The translations under genes were made by a program, and so were the position numbers. Positions 14,860 through 24,212 of a stretch of DNA of 64,000 nucleotides are shown here, piece after piece. The stretch lies in contig JBHGNT010000005.1 in assembly GCA_043228905.1 (NCBI GenBank), positions 5,022,001-5,086,000 on the forward strand, written 5' to 3'. The notes under the pieces were generated by a model, which was given only the letters and a program-made list of their open reading frames with translations, did not search any database and was not told the origin of the DNA. The DNA is from Azolla caroliniana (taxonomy: Eukaryota > Plantae > Polypodiophyta). Positions within the stretch are counted from its first letter, which is position 1; each line of letters starts with the position of its first letter.

Positions 14860-17202
14860 ATAATCCTTGTATACTGTAGCAGTCGTCCCATCCTGCATGA
14901 ACACCATATTTTACCGCCCAATTCCTGTTTCATATTTGGCGTTTCAATTCGTGTATTTTGTTAATCGGGCACAAATCGTCATTTTATTCAAAGTGTCCCA
15001 TGTGATCATATAGATTCTCCGGGAGGTTTTTCTCTTAAAACTATGTCTGCGACATGTGAAGATATTCATACAACATAAGAGGAACTTTCATTCCACTATG
15101 TATAAAGACCACATGATCACTATGTATAAAGACCACATGATTAGTGCATGATTAAGAAGAGCTGAATTGTTATGGATTGACAAGCTCTCAATATGAAGAG
15201 AATTCTATCATGAAGTTGGACCTCTTAGTATTTTTATTTCTTTGCATTGTGCCACATTCTTGCAATTCTTAGCCTTATGGAAACATGGCATGTAAATGAA
15301 TGTTTGAGTTTTTATTGCATTGATTGATTTGGACTTTTGAGGTTACTACCCCAAAGAATGACATTACATGGATACAGACCATTATTAAGTACTAGTAACA
15401 CCGAATTCAATTATAAGTCCTTGTACAATACCAGCTAAGACACTCTACATCATTTTGGTGACTGAATATAGATGTCACAAGCATTCACTATCATTTGGTG
15501 TATGCCATACTCTCCATTTTTTCATGTGTCAAGTATTGAGATTTGGTGATGGTTAAGTTCTGAATCCTATTAGCATTAGTTCAAGAATGAGTTTGTAAGG
15601 TGGATTAAATATAGATGCTATAATGCAATGAGCTATTTTGAGTTCTATATTTACATTCAATGTACTTTTCCTTGTATTCGGCTTATATTCGACAATTGGT
15701 ACACAATTTGGTCACATCATAGATGAGCAATCAATGTTAGTGATATTCTTTCAAAGGTCAAATCTTTGTGGTTGCTTAGTAACTCTAAGATGGTAGCAAT
15801 GAGATGTGATGGATATTGTTTTGGATGGTAGCACATAGGGTCCTGCTTATTGCATCCACCCAATGCCGATGTGCTATTTTAATAATTTCAACATCTCTCC
15901 ATAAAAAAATTGATCATTTGGTAATATTGTTGCACTAATAACAACAATTATTGGCATTGAAATTAGTTTTGATTATAATAATCAGACTTGCAATTACTAT
16001 TCGATATGCCAATTATAGCGAATAGCAATAATTAGAATGCTAATTAGTGTTGTGATTAGTGTAGCCCTCCTATGAATAATTGTTTTTTCAAGGAATGATG
16101 AGACAACAAAAACTGTTTCTTTTGTGAGTGGAACTGATTTTTTTTGTTTTTATCAAAGCATTATATGAGTGGTGGGGAACCTCAAAGCTAGAAAAACTTG
16201 TTAGATTAGCAATGTGTTTTCGAGAAATAAGGTATAAATGTGCTCACCAATGCCCATAAACATAATATGAGATGCGTCATTAGAATTATTACCGGATTGT
16301 TTATTCTTAGAGGAAAAACATCAGAAGCTGATTGCCCAAAATTCAGTTGATCATGAATAGTTAAGAGAAGCTAGTGTTAGACCCAAAGATGTTTTGAGGT
16401 GAAAATGCAAACAAGCCTAATTGCAAATGTTTGCACATCTTACACATAACAATGCCACACATTGTGAATGTGTGCATGCGACACAATCAAGAACGTAATT
16501 AACAAACGTCATATACATACTGATACAATGAAACAAACAGGCAGAAACATACATAGAATCAAACAAGTAGAACATGTGTAAAATCAAAGCATCATAGACA
16601 ATGAAACAAACAGGCAGAAACATACATAGAATCAAACAAGTAGAACATGTGTAAAATCAAAGCATCATAGATACATGCACATGTAGGTGCATAAATACAT
16701 ACACATGAACATGAACTTTTGATGTATTCTATGATGGGTTTTGATGGGCAATGTCCATGACAATTTCTACATATGTATGCAAGATATGACTATTTATTGA
16801 ATTATTGGATGTGTTCTGTGAACTAATACTTCAGAAGCAATAGCTAGTGGACAACCAAGGTATAGATGTTGAGCATGACTACCCACAAGAAATGTATGCT
16901 CTTGGATTGCAGGATGTTGTTTATAATATATATGTTGAGTATGGTCTTCAGTACATGCAGAACCAAATGCAAACATGAAGTTTTCAGACCACCAGCCAAG
17001 GTGGACAACCAAGAGCTTTAGTATATGCGGAATCAAGTTAAGCCAACTTTGTCTGCAACATGAAGTTTTTAGAGACCCTGACAAGGGGCAAAGGAAGATG
17101 TGTTTCGTACGCTTTGCAGATATGGTCTCATGGAATGCAATGATGATAGAATGGATGTCTCGATGAAACACTAACTTGTTTTCACATGTTGGAGATTGAC
17201 GG

Positions 17203-17999
17203 TGTCGCGTTGTTACGCGCGTGCGTGTAGAAGGGCGGGACCGCGGGGGTCTTGGACCGAGGAATAGCTGAGAAGGAGGAGAACGGAAAGGGCAACGGAC
17301 GCACTTGCACACGCACAGACGCGGGAGCACACAGGAATCACAATCCGACAACACAACAAAACGAGACGACTAGAAATCTGAGTATATGAGCGCGTATGTA
17401 TATAAATATATAAAGATATAACAAGACGGTTACAACTAACAGGCCGGCAAGGCGAACACCGACGCATGTTCACTCACACACAGAAGAGCGAGATGGAGAC
17501 TCTACCGGAAGCACACGGGCGTTCCACGAAGCAGAGTCAGCCTCCCGAAAACCTACGCCCAGCGAATATGAGAAAGAAGGAGGAGAAGAGCTCGGTCCCA
17601 GTCCGACAACACTTCGTCCTCCTTCTTTCTCTGTATTCGTTGGGCATAGGTTTTCGAGAGGCTGACTCTGCTTCGTGGAACGCCCGTGTGCTTCCGGTAG
17701 AGTCTCCATCTCGCTCTTCTGTGTGTGAGTGAACAGGCGTCGGTGTTCGCCTTGCCAGCCTGTTAGTTGTAACCGTCTTGATATATCTTTATATATTTAT
17801 ATACATACGCGCTCATATACTCGGATTTCTAGTCGTCTCGTTTTGCTGTGTTGTTGGACTGTGATTCCTGTGTGCTCCCGCATCTGTGCGTGTGCAAGTG
17901 CGTCCGTTGCCCTGTCCGTTCTCCTCCTTCTCAACTATTCCTCGGTCCAAGACCCCCGCGGTCCCGCCCTTCTACACGCACGCGCGTAACAACGCGACA
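17203..17999. repeat. ~800-bp palindrome made of two inverted copies of an LTR 3' half (type A)
   Basis: Arms are ~17203-17588 and ~17612-17999 with a ~23-nt loop. The mirror ORFs 17213-17473(-)/17729-17989(+) and 17466-17732(+)/17470-17709(-) reflect this symmetry. Confidence 0.95.
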
Positions 18000-18003
18000 T
18001 ATT

Positions 18004-18021
18004 TGGTGAACCCGACGTGAA
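18004..18021 (+). other. Primer-binding site complementary to tRNA-Trp 3' end
   Basis: TGGTGAACCCGACGTGAA sits 4 nt after the LTR-terminal CA. Plant tRNA-Trp ends ...TTCACGTCGGGTTCACCA. Confidence 0.85.
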
Positions 18022-18036
18022 GGGTGGCAAGGGAGC

Positions 18037-18807
18037 ATGGAGTCGGAAGAAGACGACTTCGCGCAACTTTTCGTCGAAGCGGTGAGGGAGTTTGGACAAG
18101 CGATAGCAAGACGAGAGTCGGCGCAGCAAGCGGTTGAGCAAGTGGTCGAAAGAGTCGGCCGTTTCAACGGGGACAAAGTCCCATCTTACTTGGAAGCCTA
18201 CAACATGGAAATGGAGGAGCGAGACGTGGAAGAAGCGTTGAGGCTAGAGTTCTTTTGTCGGGGTGTCGCCGTCCGTAAGTATGCGGAGGAAGAAGCCTCC
18301 CTAAGCGTAGAAGACGGGGCCTATATGGAGGCCGGAAGAGCGTGTGACGACGACATGGGAGAGGGTGCGGAGCAAGCGACACTCTTGCCTTGCGGTGAAG
18401 GGACGGCCATTGAGGCCGGTAACTACGGATTCGGGACATGGCGGCCTGAACCATCGAGTGGGGAAGAGACAAGCGGCGGTGCCGCGACCTTACACACACC
18501 GGCCCTAAAGGCTCCGGCGGTCGGCCCGAGTGTCGGCGTGAGACCTAGAGCGACGGACGGTGGCGGCGGCAAGACGGGTAACCGAGACGACGACATGGAA
18601 GAGACGGTGGCAAGCGTAATCAAGGCTTGCGCGATCGGAGGCTGTGTAGCCGCGGACAACAATGTCCGGACGGAGGCGGCTACGGACACAACGAGCGGTG
18701 GTGTCGGGTTCTTGCCCACACCGGTCCTAGAGGCTCCGGCAGTCGGCCCGAGTGCCGGCATGAGACCCAGAGCGACGGGCGGTGGCGGCGGCAAGGCAGG
18801 CAACTGA
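18037..18807 (+). CDS. Gag-like N-terminal fragment decaying into repeats (TE-derived)
   Basis: ATG lies 15 nt after the PBS. The motif VGRFNGDKVPSYLEAY resembles the retrotransposon capsid F-x-G...FL-x-x-Y pattern. A homologous start follows the second PBS on the minus strand. Confidence 0.55.
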   Translation: MESEEDDFAQLFVEAVREFGQAIARRESAQQAVEQVVERVGRFNGDKVPSYLEAYNMEMEERDVEEALRLEFFCRGVAVRKYAEEEASLSVEDGAYMEAGRACDDDMGEGAEQATLLPCGEGTAIEAGNYGFGTWRPEPSSGEETSGGAATLHTPALKAPAVGPSVGVRPRATDGGGGKTGNRDDDMEETVASVIKACAIGGCVAADNNVRTEAATDTTSGGVGFLPTPVLEAPAVGPSAGMRPRATGGGGGKAGN

Positions 18808-20430
18808 GACGAGGACGAGGACGAGCATGTAGCAAGCATAACCGAGGCGTGCATAACCGGGGATGAAATAGCCACGGACCACGACGTCCGAACGAAGGTG
18901 GCTACAAACATGACATCGGCGAGTGATGGTACCGAGACTTTTCCCACACCTATTCTAGAGACTTCGGCAATCGGCACCAAGAGCCCACGTGAGACCGAAG
19001 AAACGGAAGGTGGCGGTGGCAGAGCGGACAATCGAAACGACGACGAGGAAGGTCATAGCGGACGGAGGAGAGACCCCTCGACACCGAGACCGGAGACTAC
19101 GGCGGTTGCGCTCAAATGCCAATATAAGACCGGAGAGAAGGGCGTGAGACCTAGAGTGAAGAACGGTGGCGGTGGCAAGGCGGACAAACCGAATTCCCAC
19201 GAAGATCCTCACACCAATCCGGTTGTTGGCCCGAGTGTCGGCGTGAGTCCTATAGGAGAGGTTGGTGGCGGCAGATGAACATGATCGGACGACGGAAAGT
19301 AGAGAAGGAAGGTATCAGGCCAGCAAAGCGGCTACAAACCGGAAGACTTACCGGCAAGGTCACGAGCATTAGGAAGTCTGGCCCTATGGGATCCCCACGC
19401 CAGATTAGAGACTCCGGCAATTCGGCCAGCGTGGCAACATGAGACCTCGAGAGAAAGCTGGTGGCAGCGGGAAACGAGACCCGATTACGCGGAAGACACG
19501 AGGAGAGTCCGAGAGGAACTCAAACAAAAAGACACCCGAATTTCGGCAAGCAACGAATCAAAGACCGGTCCTATGGGACCCTCACACCGATCCGGAGACT
19601 CCGGCAGTTTGGCCAACGTGGCAACGTCAGACCTAGGGAGAAGGACGGTGGCGGTAGGGAACGGGACCCGGCGACACGAGATAGTGGATCGAGAGTCGGT
19701 AAGACGGGGCGGACGAAGTGCGAAACCCTTACCGGCCGGTTACGGTTTCGGAAGGAGCTGGTAGGGGCGAACACGGGGAGGTGTGTCGAGCCGAAAAGGC
19801 ACACCTGGGACGGAAGAAGAGTCTCGCGAGTGGCCATCGCGGGCCGGAACGAAACGTGACTACGGGACGGAGTGCGGCACAGGGAGTGCCAAACAACGGA
19901 CGAGGGTATGCGGCACACGGAGGTGCTAGAGCGGAAAGGCGAGCGCGAAGATGGATTGCGCAGTTCGGAGGTAGCGCGTCGGAGGCCAGAGAAGGATCCT
20001 CCACGCCGTTCCGGAGACCATGGCAGTTTGAGCCGACGTGGCGACGTAAGACCATGGAGAAGGAAGGTGGCGGCAGGGAGGACGAAGGCAACGCGAAACA
20101 TGGGCGGCAATCATGTCAACACGAATGGTCGACGAAGGCCAAGCGGGCCACTACGGGCATTCCTCAAGCGGAGGATATCGGGCACACGGCGGAGAGCGGG
20201 GTGTGCATACGGCTGGCCAAGGGCCAGTGGAAGTTCACGTACTACGGAGGATCGCGGCGGAGGACCCATCGATGGGACAAATGAGCCTACGGAGAGGCAA
20301 GCGGCACGAGGATGAACCGGTTCGAAGCGAATGACGATCTGGAGGACGAAGGGTAAGCGAGGGCCGGTCTTCTCCGGCAAAAAGTCTATTTTGGCGCATA
20401 TCGGTGGATGCGCGGTTAGGTGGGGGCGGA

Positions 20431-21026
20431 TGTCGTGGAGAAAACCATCCCTAGGCGGAATCGGAGAATATTGAGAGAATCGGCGGTGTGCACCATGTGC
20501 ACTCACCCTTGTATAAACGTGTGAATAGTAGGAGTCAAGTCGGGACAGAGAATCCCATGTAAGTCGGGATTTATCCCACATTGTAACGCATCCCTCTCCT
20601 TGTTCTATAAAAGGAAGGGAGCGCCCTTTGCGAAGGGGTTGCCCGTTTTATGTTAGAGGGTATACCGTTAGATTTAGGGTTAGTTTCTTCTTCTTCTTCT
20701 TCTTCGCGGTGCGGGTTGACTGTTGAGGGCGGTTTCTGCTCGGTCTCCTGTGCAAGACCTCGCTCTGCGCGACGAGCCCGAGAGCTCCCTGAACGGCGGC
20801 TTGGTAGCAGGCTACTGTTGTAACCTACCCTACCTTGGTCCGGCTCGAAGCCGGGAATGTATTCTCCCCCCATTGGTAATATACTTATTCGTATCTGTTT
20901 GTGCGTATTCGTGTCTCTGTTGGTGTCGGGTGCTTTCCCTTCCCTGCGTTTCCTGTACATAAGGGCGTGAGTTAGGTCGGCGCGGTGTGTGTGTGTGGGT
21001 GTGAGTCAGTGTCAAATGTGCGCTCC

Positions 21027-21094
<68 letters not shown>

Positions 21095-21154
21095 CGGTTG
21101 CTTCCGAAACATGTCCGGAATCGTCTCTACACGCATGCGCGTAATAACGCGACA
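20431..21154 (+). mobile_element. Full LTR (type B') preceded by polypurine tract
   Basis: PPT aggtgggggcgga ends at 20430, then TGTCGTGG...AACGCGACA. It contains TATAAAA (~20606) and shares the terminal U5 sequence with the type A half-LTR. Confidence 0.85.
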
Positions 21155-21330
21155 TTTTTTTTAATTTTTTTTTCGCATTCCCACCAAACCGGCCTATCGC
21201 GCCGACGACCGCTTCAATGGCCCTATCGAGGGCGCCTACGCCTTCGCGCGCACTCACTATCCGATCCACAGCCGAAGCCATGGCTTCCGCGAAATCCGAC
21301 CCCCTCATCTTTCTATTCCTCTGCCGCCTG

Positions 21331-21348
21331 TTGACGTCGGGTTCACCA
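21331..21348 (-). other. Second tRNA-Trp primer-binding site (opposite strand)
   Basis: Reverse complement TGGTGAACCCGACGTCAA is again 4 nt from the LTR end. It is followed by a truncated gag start at 21308 (MRGSDFAEAM...IGRFGGNA) ending in an A-rich run (21173-21155). Confidence 0.85.
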
Positions 21349-21352
21349 AATA

Positions 21353-21464
21353 TGTCACGTTGTTACGCACGTGCGTGTAGAATGGCGGGACCACGGGGGT
21401 CTCGGACGAGGGAAGGAGGGAAGCCAAGAAGACGATTCCGGACGCGTTTCAGAAGGAACCGAAG

Positions 21465-21499
<35 letters not shown>

Positions 21500-22076
21500 G
21501 GAGCGCGCGCTTGACACAGACTCACACCCACACACACACACCGCGCTGACCTAACTCACGCCCTTATGTACAGGAAACGCAGGGAAGGGAAAGCACCCGA
21601 CACCAACAGAGACACGAATACGCACAAACAGATACGAGTAAGTATATTACAAAAGGGGGGAGAATACATTCCCGGCTTCGAGCTGGACCAAGGTAGGGTA
21701 GGTTACAACAGCAGCCTACTGCCAAGCCGCCGTCCGAGGAGCTCTCGGGCTCGTCGCGCAGAGCGGGGTCTTGCACAGGAGACCGAGCAAAAACCGCCCT
21801 CAACAGTCAACCCGCACCGCGAAGAAGAAGAAGAAGAAGAAGAAACTAACCCTAAATCTAACGGGCAACCCCTTCACAAAGGGCGCTCCCTTCCTTTTAT
21901 AGAACAAGGAGAGGGATGCATTACAATGTGGGATAAATCCCGACTTACATGGAATTCTTTGTCCCGACTTGACTCCTACTATTCACACGTTTATACAAGG
22001 GTGAGTGCACATGGTGCACACCGCCGATTCTCTCAATATTCTCCGATTCCGCCTAGGGACAGTTTTCTCCATGACA
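21353..22076 (-). mobile_element. Full LTR (type B), inverted relative to 20431-21154
   Basis: Reverse complement starts TGTCATGGAGAAAAC and ends AACGTGACA. It is near-identical to 20431-21154 apart from indels, including a ~50-bp U5 deletion in B'. Confidence 0.9.
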
Positions 22077-22385
22077 ACGGTATGGTCCCCGATTCTATCA
22101 CCTTTATATGTGGTCTCCTAGCTTGTCGTAGCAAAGGTGTTATTGGCAAAGGCTGAGTGTTGTATTTATAAATTATAATTATCCTTATCTTGCCAAATGC
22201 CATCGCTTATATTTGGTCTTTTCTTTGATGATATATACTTATGGAGATGAAACAATATTATAGACTATTTGTATAGTGCCTCTGGTCTTTTTAATTTTAA
22301 TACCAATGGAGCATATGTTTTATGGGAAAAAAAAAATACATACATATGAACCTACATACATATATATATATACATACATACATAC

Positions 22386-22441
<56 letters not shown>

Positions 22442-22442
<1 letters not shown>

Positions 22443-24040
22443 CTATCTATTACCAACTCATAAAGAGGGTTGGTGAGGGAATCGTGGCCGCAGACGGTGT
22501 TGGGCGCTTAGTTGAGGGCACATGCAAACTGCATCGTCCGATCTAGATAAAAAAAGTGCGCCAATAAAAATGCGCCCTACTCTCACCCTACCATTAAATA
22601 TCAAGATGCCCTACTCACACCCTTCTTGACACTCTGTTCCGCGGAAGACTCCCTTCTCACACCCTTTTAGACACCCTGCTCCGTGCAAGACGCCCTACTC
22701 ACACCACCTTTTTAGACACCCTTCTCCACGGAAGACACCCTACTCACTCAAGAACTAGTCCAATAGTCCTAACTAAAACATAAGCTAACCTTTGCTGCAG
22801 ACTGATCTTTGGCTACCTTTTTAGATTCTTCTTCAAGACACTAGATCAAGTAATTCAAATGTCAATCAATTTTCATGATATAGGTACCATCACCATGGTG
22901 CATTTGTTAAGAATTCATTGATTGTCCCCTCTTTTCATGATGTCAACGTTTGTGACAATAGTTGCATGTTTTTTGTGCATTTATCCTCATGTTGAATGCG
23001 TCTATCCTCATGATGTCAAAATGGATTGTATGCCTTTATCCTCATGTTGTTGTGTCTCTCAAAAAACATTCTTATTTAATTGACAAATGGTTTTCTTTTC
23101 ATAATCTGTCCCTTTTTGTACAAGTCACCATTTTGTATATTTGGTGTATTTTATTGGCTACCAACCATACAATGTGGAGAGAACGTTGTGTACAAGACAC
23201 CATAATTCATCCCATTTGTTGTCATGCTTCTTACCATCTATATTATTAAGTATTGCATCTTATCATGATAATCCATCCCATTTGTTGATTGACCTTATAA
23301 AGAATGTTACACAATATGTGCAAAAAACCAAGGAATTACTTCCTATCATGATAATTAATCTAGAGTATTAAGTGTTGCATTAGGTATACATATAATGATG
23401 GTTATTCCATGGGTATATTGAGCTCAAAATCTTTCTATTAACGAGACATATGCCATTCCCATTTGAGCTACCAATACTTCTCAAAGATGTATTTCATTTA
23501 AGTTCTTCACATATGTTCCTGTTCCCCAAATATTCCAAAGCATTTTGGAACCTACACACATATGCAACACTTTGGCACAATCCAATAGTACATAGTACCA
23601 CTATTGTGAATGTTGGTCTCAAAGTTCAGACTTAGATACATATACATACATACATTATACATATATACCTACAAGCCCAAGGATAAAGCAAACTTATGAA
23701 ATGTTGGTTAAATAGGTAGGGTGAGGAGGAATACTCTAGCGGCTGGCCTACATTTTGATGTTTGTTTCCCAAAATTTGACCAAGAAGCAAAATGTATGGA
23801 ACAAAGAAATGGCTCTAATCACCACGCTATTCTCTTCCAATGTTTAATATGTTACTTTATCACTTTATTGCCTTTATATGGTGTGATAGATATGGACGCT
23901 TTGTCACAAAGGTGGTGGTCAAGAGTAGGGCGCTTTTTCTTTTTGTTATCAAGATCACACGCGCCTTCAAGTAAGCGCCCTGCACTGCCCATGGCCACGA
24001 TTCGCTCGCCAAACTTCTTTATGATTTGGTACTAGGTAGA
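22442..24040. mobile_element. Non-autonomous element with long imperfect terminal inverted repeats
   Basis: Left end tctatctattaccaactcataaagagggttggtgagggaatcgtggcc...gggcgcttagttgagggc matches the reverse complement of the right end, tctacctagtaccaaatcataaagaagtttggcgagcgaatcgtggcc...gggcgcttacttgaaggc. Subterminal 'gccctactc' repeats occur at 22575-22750. Confidence 0.65.
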
Positions 24041-24212
24041 CACGAGACACACACACATCCATTTATGCATCTATGCATGCATACATACATAGGTACATAG
24101 GTACAGACCAACATAGCAAGGTATAGGAAGCATAGATGACTGCATACAAGTGGTTCACACACACACACACATACATAGATTATTATATACATACATACAT
24201 AAATAGGTACAT

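Larger units (their letters stand above)
17203..22076. mobile_element. Composite, doubly folded-back, gag-only LTR retroelement with 4-bp TSD ACGG
   Basis: TGTC...GACA termini with ACGG at 17199-17202 and 22077-22080. Internally there are two PBS, one PPT, four LTR or partial-LTR copies and a Gag-like ORF. Confidence 0.85.
16740..22156 (+). pseudogene. Degraded PLS-type PPR gene remnant split by the 17203-22076 insertion
   Basis: PPR-like peptides LPTRNVCSWIA (~16879) and FVRFADMVSWNAMM (~17105-17145) lie before the insertion. GMVPDSITFICGLLACRSKGVIGKG (22079-22153) follows it. Several stops and frameshifts. Confidence 0.6.

Noticed and set aside
17203-22076. DIRS/tyrosine-recombinase element interpretation of the inverted termini
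   Set aside because: No YR or RT coding sequence is present. tRNA PBS, PPT, TG..CA ends and a TSD indicate integrase-type LTR biology.
17213-22156. Dozens of overlapping ORFs on both strands in 17.2-22.2 kb
   Set aside because: By-products of high GC content and inverted repeats. Only the two post-PBS gag starts have positional and motif support.
22575-22750. CRISPR-like spaced repeats (gccctactcacacc)
   Set aside because: Eukaryotic context, the spacers are similar to one another, and there are no cas genes. These are subterminal TE repeats.
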